NCBI GenBank assembly: GCA_950097015.1
Contig: CATNEN010000029.1
Location: 6,076,001-6,140,000 of the forward strand
Reading direction: 5' to 3'
DNA: 64,000 nucleotides
Source of the DNA: Macrostomum hystrix
Taxonomy: Eukaryota; Animalia; Platyhelminthes
The notes under the pieces were generated by a model. The model was given only the letters and a program-made list of their open reading frames with translations, was not told the origin of the DNA and did no database searches. Shown piece after piece: positions 13,195 to 24,947 of the stretch; position 1 is the first letter of the stretch, and every line of letters starts with the position of its first letter. Made by a program: the position numbers and the translations under genes.

Positions 13195-16100
13195 ATGAAA
13201 GTTTGCACGCTGCTGCTGCTACTGCTAGCGCTCTGTGGAGCAGCCAGTGTTGTTGATGGTGCTAGCGTAAAGGTACCAGTCGCCAGTAAGTCATCATAAG
13301 TACTTATTTCATTTGCACTGATAATATGTTCTAACAACTGTGTATTTCATGATTTCTGTACGAGATTTAATCACTAAATAATTTATTGAACCGGATTGGG
13401 CTCCAGCGAAAGTAGCTACAGCTTTTGTGGGGCGCATCTGAAGGCTACCGTACGGCTGTTCAGTCCTGTACGGTGTACGGACTGGGAGGGGGCGCCACCA
13501 CCCTTTATTAATCCCAGCTATCCATTTGATAGGTGGGTGAACTTAGCAATGCAGATTTAAATGTCTTATTAAAGGATATAGATTGTTCTTGTGGTGTCGG
13601 GAACGAACCCCCGACCTTTATGTCATGAGTCCGATGCTCTGACCACTACTCCCTACAACTCCCTATACAAGGCTACAAACCGATACAACCCGAGTGAATA
13701 AGTTCGAGAGCTGTTATTTATCGGAAATTCATTCGTTCGAATTCCTTAAAGGTGCTCCGCAGTCTCAGCTATGCCAAATTAACAGGCGGCAGATCATGGA
13801 GGCTGCCCGCCGGTTCTACAAGGCGCAATACGATACTAAAGTGCTGCTGCTGAAGCTGCAAATCCGTCGCCAACAGCTGGCCGAGAAAAGACGTCGCTAC
13901 CAGCAGTTCTTGCAGAGAATGCGCCAAAGGCACCAGCGCAGAATTCGCCGGCGTATGCTGAGATTCAAGCGCCGAGCGCAAAAGGTTAGGAAGCTATTTA
14001 AGAGAAAACTCAGATACGTTACAAAAAGGTATCAGAGAAAAGTGATGCGGAAGTTGAAAGCAAAGCCGATGTCGAATCGAAGGCTTCGTTTGGTCCAGAA
14101 GGCTTTCTTCAGAAAGGGAATCATTTCTAAGAAAGCTGCCAAAATCGCCAGCAAGCCAATCAAACTGAAGACAAACGCGGTGCGCCGAGTAATTCGTGGA
14201 AGATCAATTTGCAAGTGCCGAAGACTTACTCGGGGTCTGCAAAAACTCAGGTCTCCACACATCAACCGTAAGGCAAGGTACATTATGAAGCAGTACCAGA
14301 GAAAGGTGAAGAGGAGAGTAAATAGACGATTGAGACAGCTGACAAAAATGACTCGGCGATACATAACTGAGCAGGTGGACCGTAAAATAAGAATGCTGCG
14401 TCTGCACAGATGTTGCAGAGGACGCGGAAAGCAGCATGTTCTGAAGCGCAGGATTAGAATACTTGTGAGGCGCTTCCGAAGTAGAGTTCAGAGAGTTCAG
14501 CGTGCTAGGAGACGCAGGATCACACGAACTGTCATTAGGCGCTACAGAAAGCCTCTTAGAAGAAAACTAAGAAGAATTCTTCGAAGAGTAAGGCGTCGAG
14601 GTGGCCGAAGAAGAATTCGACAATACAGCCGTCGAACTAGGCGTATTGTCAGAAAGATTTTGAGGAGAAGGCGATCAATTCGTAGAGTCATCAGAAGGCG
14701 AGTTTCTAGAAGGCGTTTGACTCGAAGACTTTCCAGAAGGCGATCAACTCGCCGAGTTTCTAGAAGGCGTTTGACTCGAAGACTTTCCAGAAGGCGATCA
14801 ACTCGCCGAGTTTCTAGAAGGCGTTTGACTCGAAGATTTTCCAGAAGGCGATCAAATCGCCGAGTTTCTAGAAGGCGTTTGACTCGAAGATTTTCCAGAA
14901 GGCGATCAACTCGCCGAGTTTCTAGAAGGCGTTGGAGAGTGAGGCGACGAGTTATATACCGTCGACCTTTCAGACCACGGCGAGTTACACGACGGTTTTC
15001 AAGAATTCGTCGAGTGATCAGAAAACACAGACGACTCGTTCAAAAGAGAAGAGTGGTATATCGGGCCGCAAAGTATGGTCGACGAGTGAGCAATAGTTTT
15101 AGGCCAAGGAAGTATCAGCAGAACAAGACAACCAGGCGTGTGATAAGAACGAAACCTATTCGCAAGCTCATTACCAAACGTAGACTGGTTAAGAAGCAGC
15201 GAAAGAATCAAAAGAAAATTAAAAGAGTTGGCAAAGTAGTAAAAAGAATAAAAGTCATTCGAGCGAGTGCGAGAAAACTGAAAAAAGCAAAAAATAATAA
15301 AAAAAATTCTAAACCCATTAGACGATTGAAAAACGTAAGAATTCAGAAGCAAAGTCGAATTATCAAGAATCGACTGACAAGGCCCAAAAAAATAGTATTG
15401 CGGCGCACTGGACGTCGAAGGATACTTGTGAGGCGCACTGGACGTCGAAGGGTACTTGTGAGGCGCACTGGACGTCGAAGGGTACTTGTGAGGCGCACTG
15501 GACGTCGAAGGGTACTTGTGAGGCGCAATGGACTTCGAAGGGTACTTGTGAGGCGCACTGGACGTCGAAGGGTACTTGTGAGGCGCACTGGACGTCGAAG
15601 GGTACTTGTGAGGCGCAATGGACTTCGAAGGGTACTTGTGAGGCGCACTGGACGTCGAAGGGTACTTGTGAGGCGCACTGGACGTCGAAGAGTGTTCGTG
15701 AGGCGCTCTGGGCGCCGAAGGGTCTACCGAAGAAGGCACATCAAGATCAGCAGCACCAGGGTCATAAAGAGAGTACAGCACTTGGTTGCTCAAGTAAGGC
15801 GAGCTTTGCGCAGCAGTTTGGCTAAAAGACGGATTGTTCGACGCATCCGAACGCGTCGAGTAGCACTTAGACGACGTCTGCGAAGAATCGTTGTCAAGAG
15901 GCGTGCTCTAAAACGACGTATCGCCTCGATTCAGGCAAGACGAGCTCGCCTAATCAAGCGAATTCGCCAGCTGAGACATAGGAAAATAAAAATTATAAAG
16001 TCAAAGAAGGCTCCATCTAAGCGAATCGCATTGAAGGTTTCAATTAGACGCAGGACCGTTCGGATTGAGAAGCGCGTCAGCCAGATCGCAAAGCGCATCT

Positions 16101-19100
16101 CGCAGTGCTCACGAAAGATATTCCGACTAAGACAAAGAAGAACCAGAATGAAGCAGAGAATTACTAGAATTTCCAAGCGCCGCCTAAGACTGAAGAAGCG
16201 TTACGTTGTTGTGCGAAGAAAGGTTCGCCTTCAGATCATCAAGTTTAAGCGATTGAACAGACAAAAGCGAAGATTTTTGAGACGCGTGGTGAGAAGGAGG
16301 CTTGTTCGCCGTCGAACCCTTGTCCGCGTTGTTAGACATTCCAGGCGAGTGTTGCGACGCACTATCAGGCGAATGGTTTATAAACGAAAAGCGAGAGTTT
16401 CGAAGAAAATAAGGCCACGAGTCGTGATCCGAAAGCTAACTGGTCTGCATCGCAAGAGAACTGTTTCGAGAGTGGTAAGAAAATTCCACAGTTTGGCCAA
16501 GCGAGTAGCCACCGCTGCTCGCAGGAAGCTCGTGAGCCGAAGCAGAATCCTTAGAATTCAGAGGCGACGCATTGTACTAAGACGAAGGGTGAGAAAAATC
16601 AAGCAACGTGCAAGGATTCTGAAACGAAGAATCACAATTATCAAATTCCGTCGAAGAAAGCTAATAAAGCAGCTCAAGCTTGTCCAGTCTCGCAAATTAG
16701 CTGGACGAAAGACAATCAAAACACAAATAATTATCAAGCGGATTGTTAGAAAAATAGCTGTCTGCAGTCGACGCATACGAAGACTGCGAGTTCGAAGAGT
16801 TAGACTAACTAGACGCATTGTAAGGACCACGCGCAGACGCAGAGTCTTGCGATTCAGAGTGCGCACAATAAAGCGCAGAATTGTTAGGCAGGACCGTGTC
16901 GTAAGCCGTTTGTATAAAAAGATTCTAGTTAGAAATATCCGTTGGAAAGTTTTTGGCAAGAAGACTATGCGACGCATTATAAAAAGCAATCTGATTGTGA
17001 CTTCTCGAGCCAGCAAGCGTACAGTCGAACAGAAAAAGGTCATCAAGAAGAAAGTGCCTAGCAAGCTTAAGCCTAAAATCCTATTAAAAAAGAGTAAGAA
17101 GTTGAGAGTTGTTGCAAAACGAGCAGTGAAGGAACTAAACAATGTCAACAAGAGAGTCGAGCGCATAATTCGTCGTATGCTCGTCTCCAAGAGGCGAGTT
17201 GTTCACATTCAGAAACGCACCAGACACCTTAAGCGTAGAATTCAGCGCATCAGTCGCAGAAGAGTGATTGTCAAGAGATATTTAAATAAGATCAAGGCTA
17301 GACGAGTTGTGCTAATAAAACGTCTGAAAGTGCTTCAACAGAATAAGGTTGTGCAAAAAAAGAAGACAAGAAAGGTCGTAAGAGTTTCCGCTATCAGGAC
17401 GATTAGGAGGCTGACTCGACGAATTGCTAGGTACACAAAGCGCTTGCAGCGAGTTTCACGCAGAAATGTACAGCTCAAGGCGAAGATTCTTCGAATTTCA
17501 CGCAGACGCCAGCGGCTCGTAAAAAGAGTCTTGATCCTAAAGAAGAAAACTCAGATTAGAAAGGTACGATTCAATACGCTACTGCAACGATTCCAGCGAC
17601 GCATTATGAAGTACAAAGTTACCAACGTGAAGGTCATGCGCGTTGCAGTGAAGCGCGCCAAGATTCGACTTAACAAGACCATTAAGCTTAGGCGTCAAAA
17701 GCAGAAAATCAGCAAGCGTCTCATTCGCTCAAGAAAAGTGACCAGAAAAGTGAGAAAGTTGTTCCGAATAAACAGAAAGATTAATAGAAGGCGCGCTGTA
17801 AGACGGATTAAGAAAATCTACAAAAGAATTGTGCGCGCTAAAGTTAAAGCGGTGGCTTGCCGACAGAGGATGATTTTTATTCGGCAGCGAAGAATTCAGT
17901 TGAGAAGGCGCATTCACAGAATCAGAGATAGAAGCCAAAGGCTGAGGAGGCGCATCAGGACCGTAGTGAAACGTAGGAGAAAACTTATTAGGCGAATCAA
18001 GCACCTAAAAGCTAAGAAACTGTCATTCCGTCGGCTTTTGTCATCCAAAGCAAAGGCCAAAGTAGAAACAGTGAGAAGGATCAGCAAAATCGATTCTCGC
18101 ATTAAGCGCATAACCAACAAGCTGTCCGCTTGCACTGGGCGAATCGTCATACTCAAGAGACGTCGTGTTCAGCTAAAGGCCAGAATCTTGCGAATCTCAA
18201 CGCGCCAACATCGCCTTCGCCGCCGCTTCGTAACAATCAAACGAAGAACTCGTCGGCAGGAGCACAAGGTCAGGCGTCTTATTATAAGAAAACGGCGATT
18301 CACTAAGCGAGTATTAAACAAAAGACTTATTAGCCGCCGTACCATTTATAGAATTTCTGTTAAGACCCGCCGCATTGTGAAGCGCCTTGTTCGCCGAACT
18401 CGCAAGAGGTTTATTACCAGACGTTTGAACAGAACGCGCAGAGTGAGACGCCGACGGGTTATCGCCGCTGTGCGCTCAAAGCGAGTTGTTATTTCCGGAT
18501 TGAAAGTAGTTCTTCCGCGCCTTGTGTCATCGAGAAGGACTCCTCCACTTAAGCCAAGATTTAAGCGCAAGGTAATCCCTGTTTAAGAGGCTTCGTCAGA
18601 AACTACATCGAAGAAAAGTGAAGATTGCCCGTAAGTTGAACCCTCGCGTTTTGATTCGCAAGATTGCCCAGCGTCGCGTGAAGGTTCGTGCCTCTGTAAA
18701 CAAGGTTCTTGGTGTAAAGAAGGCACTAAAGGTGACAAAGACTGAAGTAGTTGCCAAGAAGATCCTACAGTCCAAACGGCCAGTGCCCGTTAAGAATCTC
18801 AAGCGACTGCAGGCCGCGCTGAAGCTAAAGCTTCAAAAGTTGAATCAGAAACTCGTGTCAGTTGCGCCAGCTTTCAGAAGGCTTGTTCAGAGAACAGAAT
18901 CGGCCTACGCAACAGATGAGAATACTTTGAATACGGAAATCACGAGCAGTCTTGTGCAGTCTCAGGAGGCCTATACGCAGGTACTGAATCAGCAGAAGTG
19001 GCTGTACAACACGGAATACCAGACTCTGGTTTCGGAAGATTACAAAACTGCCGAGGAAGGTGGGTGACTCAGAAATTTGTACAAGTGCCCTTGGCTTGCA

Positions 19101-22100
19101 TTAATCAAATCGACACGACTTTTTTCTTTCCAGAAATTGATCCGAGAACAAATAAATGGGTCGTGAAATCAACTGAAAGAGGTAAGCTTATCCTTCAACA
19201 AAAAAACTTAAACTTTGGCTGAAACATCGAGTCTCTTGTACTGAAAACTGAAAGTTGGCATGTTACCATCGCATGCAGTATGTCAATTAGCCGGGGCATC
19301 ATAAACTGTTAAACAGGCAAACATAGTTTGGGCAATCTGATTTACACTCAGAAACATGTTAAATCCCACACCTGAGCGAAACCCGACTTTTAGCTACCCA
19401 TGCCATGTCTCAATCAATTGCGCATATCGGGTTTAAATCGAGGGCTGGAGGGACAAGCTGCAGTTTGATTGTTGCGCAAGCATGGCGAGTGAATGAAAGT
19501 ACCTGTCTGAGCGGCTTACATTTACAAGCGTTGACTTCCAGTAGCACACAAGTATGCGGTTTAACATGTTTCTGATTGTAGTTAAGAGTAATTGTCGGGA
19601 TACTATTCGCGGCAATAAAAATTAATTTGCACCTGTTGAGATCAGAACGCGTGTGCCAAGAGTTTCTGACTGTATGATGAAAAGCGTGTCTTTGGTTTTA
19701 AATTTGCAGACTGGAGTCACTACAGCCTGGGCTGCTACAAGGACAGTGCGCAGCGGGATTTGAAGCACCTGGCAGAGAGCAGCGCAGCAATGAGCCTTTC
19801 TCGTTGCCGCAAGCTGTGCGTGGACCGCGGATATCCATTCTTCGGTGTGCAGAACTCAGTTGAGTGCTTCTGCGGCAGCTCTTACGGCAGCCATGGAGCC
19901 AGCCCGGTGAGCAGCTGCAATCTGCCGTGTCGTGGCGACCCGGCGCACATTTGCGGTGGACATTGGCACAACAGCATCTACTCAACTGGTCTCTCGGGTT
20001 AGTAGCCCTTATTTCGTGCAAGACATGGGGGTCGGTGGCAGAGCGGTAAACGCGTTTGCCTCTCGCACCAAGGTCCCTAAGTTCGATCCACGGCGAGGCC
20101 ACATTTATTTGGGGCGCAGACGCGGAGAGAAGGCTTGGAGCTTGTCGTGCAATTTACGCCCTTGAGGGCCAACCTTTTAGGCACAGTGAAGTGTACACTG
20201 CCTGTCGATGAGAAAGTCAGTGCAGATGTACACACCTGTGTGAGCGTATGCCTGCGTACAGTATTTGTGTGCATGTGTGCTCAGGAGTCAGCGAAATGGG
20301 CAGAATTGCCTCCTCGCTGGCTGCGGGTCTGGTGTCACCAAATGATGTCCCACTGCCCGCAGCCCTCCTGTGATTATTAATTATTAATAATAACTCGTGC
20401 GAGACATTACTCGTGGGTTCGCGGGGGCTGTAGACTGTAGTCTTAGTCCTGTCGACTGTAGACTGTAGTCTTAGTCCTGTAGACTGTAAACTGTAGTCTT
20501 AGTCCTGTAGACTGTAGACTGTAGACTGTTAGTCTTAGTCCTGCAGACTGTAGACTGTTAGTCTTAGTCCTGTAGTCTGTAGACTGTAGTCTTAGTCCTG
20601 TAGACTGTAGACTGTAGTCTTAGTCCTGTAGACTGTAGACTGTAGTCTTAGTCCTGTAGACTGTAGACTGTAGTCTTAGTCCTGTAGACTGTAGACTGTA
20701 GTCTTAGTCCTGTAGTCTGTAGACTGTTAGTCTTAGTCCTGTAGTCTGTAGACTGTAGTCTTAGTCCTGTATTCTGTAGACTGTAGTCGTAGTCCTGTAG
20801 TCTGTAGACTGTAGTCTTAGTCCTGTAGTCTGTAGACTGTTAGTCTTAGTCCTGTAGTCTGTAGACTGTAGTCTTAGTCCTGTAGACTGTAGACTGTAGT
20901 CTTAGTCCTGTAGACTGTAGACTGTAGTCTTAGTCCTGTAGACTGTAGACTGTAGTCTTAGTCCTGTAGACTGTAGACTGTAGTCTTAGTCCTGTAGACT
21001 GTAGACTGTAGTCTTAGTCCTGTAGTCTGTAGACTGTAGTCTTAGTCCTGTAGACTGTAGACTGTAGTCTTAGTCCTGTAGACTGTAGACTGTAGTCTTA
21101 GTCCTGTAGACTGTAGACTGTAGTCTTAGTCCTGTAGTCTGTAGACTATAGTCTTAGTCCTGTAGTCTGTAGACTGTAGTCTGCCGCAAGTAGTCTGTGG
21201 CCTGCAGCACAACAGATTTCAATCCTATTCTCTCACTGGCACTCGCTTGCTTTGCACATTGAATTCGGCAGGCTACAAACTTCTTAGTGTCGGCTGCTAC
21301 CATGACAAACCGATGCGCGACCTGCCACAGCTGGCCATCACCAGCGATAGCCTGACACTGAACAAGTGTTCCAAGGCCTGCAGCAAAATGCGCCGAAAAT
21401 ACTTTGGCGTGCAGAATGGCAGGGAGTGCTGGTGCGGCAACTCCTACGGTAGGTACGGCACAGCCGGATCGGACAGGTGCAACAAGCCCTGCGGCGGCAG
21501 CAAGGCGGACACTTGTGGCGGCGAATGGCTCAACAATATCTACAAGACCGGACTAGAGAGTTAGTTTTTTCTTTAATTCTAATTTTTGCTGGCCAAATAG
21601 CAATATACTTTTAAACTTATTGTATTTTGTAAACTGAATATAAATTTCAGCCGGAGGCATTGTTACCCGCGAGATTGCGAAAACCATCTTAAAGGATGGT
21701 GGTAAGAGCAGCAATCCTAGTTTAAACCTGACATTGATGTTTTTCATTAGCGCAGGAACAGTAAATTTGTCGCATTTTGTACTTTGACCTCAGGCTTCGG
21801 CTCTGGCAGCGTTTCTGAGTCTGTGTCTACAGAGGTTGTCGGTGAGTAATGCTGTGTTACTGCATCGAGACAGCTAATCTACTAGGCATATTAAGATCAG
21901 GTTTCGCCTCGTGCAGTATTGTATTGTAACTACTCTGACACACTATTTAGCCCCTTTTTTCCATTAACAAAAAGCCTTCTACAATTTTAGGGGAGCCTGA
22001 AGTTTCAACAACAACAACTGTGTTGCCAGGGACTCAAACTGGTAAACTTATCAACTATATTGGTGCCTTCTGCTTTCGTCTGAGTTTCTCTTTTGATTTT

Positions 22101-24947
22101 AAAGTAAAATACTAATCTAATCCATCTTCTAATATTTGTCAAATATTTCTAATACATTTAAGTGCGCAAGACTAGCCAAGTTATTCACAATCATAGTAAG
22201 TAATTTGATCAAGGGCTTGAATCAAATATACAACAGCATTTAACAACCACACATTTTGAATGCACGTTTGGCAATACACAAAACCATTCGATTAAACCTC
22301 CTTTTCAGGCCGACCCGTTGTGTCGTCAGTCACTAAAGTATTGCCTGCCGTGCAAACAGGTAGATGAAACGAGTTTTTATGGACTACATGGCACTTACAT
22401 TAGAAGTCATCGAGATGATCAATATGAATGCCACCCGGAACCGTTTCAGAACAAACCACACACCAAGTGATCCGAAGTGAAAGTAAGTTATATTATCCTC
22501 AACTATGAGATCCACAGACTGATGTGCCAATTCGATAAGCTGATTTGCTTTCTCCATTCTAATCGCTAGGTGGTCACGGCTCAGGAGGGTCTTACACGAA
22601 GGTGCTTCCAGGCAAAAGCAGTAAGGAGGTCCTCGTTGCTGGCAGTCTTGTGAGATTTCGCTGAGCGTTGAATTATGAGATAAAATAACACTGACTCTGG
22701 TAATTCTATTGTAGATGTGGTTAAGACCGTGAATCCTGATGGCTCCACTTCGTGGACTGAAACTTCTGAGTCCCAGGTGATAGCAGGTGAGCCTTTTCTA
22801 ATATTTCTTTCCAGTGTCTTGTGAATTGAGGTTGAAAGTTTTTAAGTATAAAGAGAAAAGCGAAAATCAACATTAATTTAGTTAAACGACGCGTTGCGCA
22901 CCACGGTGTGCATTCTTCAGGTTTATTTTTTAAGTGAAGAAAACGAGTAGAGATCGGAAGTGAATAAATAGGAAATTTTGGGGTGCAAATTTAATCAATA
23001 TTTTAAGAACATATTTGTTAGTCCGTAAGTCGCGAGGCAAAGTTTCTTCACTTCAAATAAACCTGAAGATGCACACTGCTGTGCGAAATGCGTCGTTTAA
23101 CTAAATTAATGTTGATTTTCGCTTTTCTCTTTATCCTACTTGCCAAGCGAGCAAGTTTAACTGAATTTTTTAAGTATGTTTTTATTACATTTTGCGTTAA
23201 TTGAGTACTGCATTTTTAAGGCTTTAGAATTCGTACTTGCATCGATCTGCGTCATTTGCATGCTTTTATTTAATAGGTGGAAGAATACGGAAAAGCTTGG
23301 AATTAATTTTTATTTATGCTAAACTTTTTGGTCATAAAATGTGCAGTCGTGATTTTAGCCTTGTTTTATAAACAAGCCTTTAAGTTGCCATATATAAAAC
23401 TTTTGCATCATAACGCTTAACTTATTTCCTATCTGGACTGTGTAAATTTTAGCCAGAAAACTACGCAAACTTTATAGAAGGGGCTCTATGTTCTTTAAGC
23501 TGCTTGATCAGGGTCGCATGGTAAATATGAGAGCTGTCCGCCGAAATATAGGACTAATGCTACAGTTTTAAACATAACAACGGATTTTAACAAAAACTTA
23601 GTTACTTCCCTGCATAGTCGCCAGCTCTATCAATACACTTCTGCCACCTCGTCATCTACTTGTTGAACGCCTCGGCATGGGCTGAAGTGGGCATGTGGTT
23701 TGTGACCCATCCCATGCGGTTTTTACCTGCTGATCGGTGTCAAATCTGCAACCGGAAATGCTGGATTTGACTATTGAGAACAGCCAAAATTCCACCGGTG
23801 TCAAATCAGGCCTTAGGCTGAGTGCGGCAAAGCCTAGACCTTGTGATATGCTCGTTGGTCCTCGCTGACACATGCGGGAGTGCATTGTCCTGATGCAGTA
23901 ACCAGCCTCTTTGAACCACACCAGGGTCGTTTTTCCTCTCGAAGCCTGGACTTTTTGTCGACAAAAGCATCATTCCTTTTCTTCGCCCACAGCCTACACA
24001 AAAACACTTTTTAGTTTAACGAGTTTTAGATTATGAAAGGGAGTTATAAAATTTGACGACAGCGGCTTGATAATAAATTTGCTTGCATCTTTGTGCTCCT
24101 ATTTTTGCCTATTGTACTTCCTGTAGTACACCAGCCACTCGACTGCACCAAACTTTCAGGCCGACCCGTTGTGTCGTCAGTCACTAAAGTATTGCCTGCC
24201 GTGCAAACAGGTAGATGAAACGAGTTTTTATGGACTACATGGCACTTACATTAGAAGTCATCGAGATGATCAATATGAATGCCACCCGGAACCGTTTCAG
24301 AACAAACCACACACCAAGTGATCCGAAGTGAAAGTAAGTTATATTATCCTCAACTATGAGATCCACAGACTGATGTGCCAATTCGATAAGCTGATTTGCT
24401 TTCTCCATTCTAATCGCTAGGTGGTCAAGGCTCGGGAGGGTCTTACACGAAGGTGCTTCCAGGCAAAAGCAGTAAGGAGGTCCTCGTTGCTGGCAGTCTT
24501 GTGAGATTTCGCTGAGCGTTGAATTATGAGATAAAATAACACTGACTCTGGTAATTCTATTGTAGATGTGGTTAAGACCGTGAATCCTGATGGCTCCACT
24601 TCGTGGACTGAAACTTCTGAGTCCCAGGTGATCGGAGGTGAGTATTCTTTTTGATTATGAAGTAGTTTTGTATATTTTTGTGGATGATTGGCGATTAGAT
24701 GGGCTTAATTTTCCAGTATTTCGAAGTTTTATAAGTTAAAGGGACAGAATTAAGGACTCAGAATTCTCATTAACGTGCTCAAGGCTTTAGAACTTCTGGC
24801 GTTGTCCAGTACATGAACTGCAAACTGATTCATTTTACTCCCAAGTTGGTTGAAAAACACTTGTACGTAGATCACATGTGGCTCAAATTCAGATTTAAGT
24901 GATAAAAACTCACTATTATTTCAGGTTCCGTCGTCCAGCAACCTTAA
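13195..24947 (+). CDS. Secreted giant Arg/Lys-rich protein with two WSC domains and micro-exon tail; exons 13195-13285, 13752-19059 (1-nt frame break near 18577), 19134-19181, 19710-19997, 21272-21559, 21651-21701, 21794-21841, 22309-22359, 22570-22620, 22715-22786, 24160-24210, 24421-24471, 24566-24637, 24925-24947
   Basis: Exon 1 encodes MKVCTLLLLLLALCGAASVVDGA (signal peptide) ending A|GTAAGT; the acceptor at 13751 is in phase with the 1630-aa open frame; WSC motifs LGCYKD..C..LC..GYPFFGVQN..ECFCG..C..PC.GD..CGG occur twice; all later exons are GT-AG, phase 1; TAA with overlapping AATAAA at 24945-24951. Confidence 0.8.
13412..13663 (-). mobile_element. tRNA-headed SINE, family A copy 1 (intron 1 of the KR-rich gene)
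   Basis: A-box TAGTGGTCAGAG and B-box GGTTCGTTCCC; the 3' body GGACTGAACAGCCGTACG...CTTCAGATGC..CACAA.AGCTG is shared with 62778-62985. Confidence 0.75.
14698..14940 (+). repeat. Coding 54-bp repeat (RVSRRRLTRRLSRRRSTR) x~4.3
   Basis: Visible at both DNA and protein level in the long ORF. Confidence 0.9.
15400..15720 (+). repeat. Coding 30-bp repeat (RRTGRRRVLV) x~10
   Basis: AGGCGCACTGGACGTCGAAGGGTACTTGTG repeated in frame. Confidence 0.9.
20027..20395 (+). mobile_element. tRNA-headed SINE, family B copy 1 (intronic)
   Basis: GGTGGCAGAGCGG A-box, GTTCGATCC B-box, ~370-bp body colinear with 42468-42833, (TTA/TAA)n tail. Confidence 0.85.
20428..21182. repeat. 28-bp minisatellite (GTCTTAGTCCTGTAGACTGTAGACTGTA) built from 7-bp subunits, between the WSC exons
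   Basis: Visible array; each unit is four related heptamers. Confidence 0.95.
22848..23134. mobile_element. MITE-like element with ~95-bp terminal inverted repeats
   Basis: ATAAAGAGAAAAGCGAAAATCAACATTAATTTAGTTAAACGACGC... is mirrored by ...GCGTCGTTTAACTAAATTAATGTTGATTTTCGCTTTTCTCTTTAT; no coding capacity. Confidence 0.85.
23640..23990 (-). pseudogene. Mariner (Tc1/mariner) transposase C-terminal remnant
   Basis: LLHQDNALPH in one frame, then LRPDLTPVEFWLFSIVKSSISGCRFDTDQQVKTA in another, resembling the mariner HDNA and YSPDLAPxDFxLF motifs; frameshifted. Confidence 0.8.

Larger units (their letters stand above)
22303..24640 (+). repeat. Direct duplication of a ~490-bp three-exon cassette (22303-22790 and 24154-24640)
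   Basis: Exons and both internal introns are nearly identical by eye between the two copies. Confidence 0.95.

Noticed and set aside
13694-13751. GTG start of the 1630-aa ORF
   Set aside because: A signal-peptide exon at 13195-13285 splices in phase to an acceptor at 13751, so this stretch is probably intron.
14032-18570. Antisense ORFs over the KR exon
   Set aside because: Shadows of biased codon use and coding repeats on the + strand.
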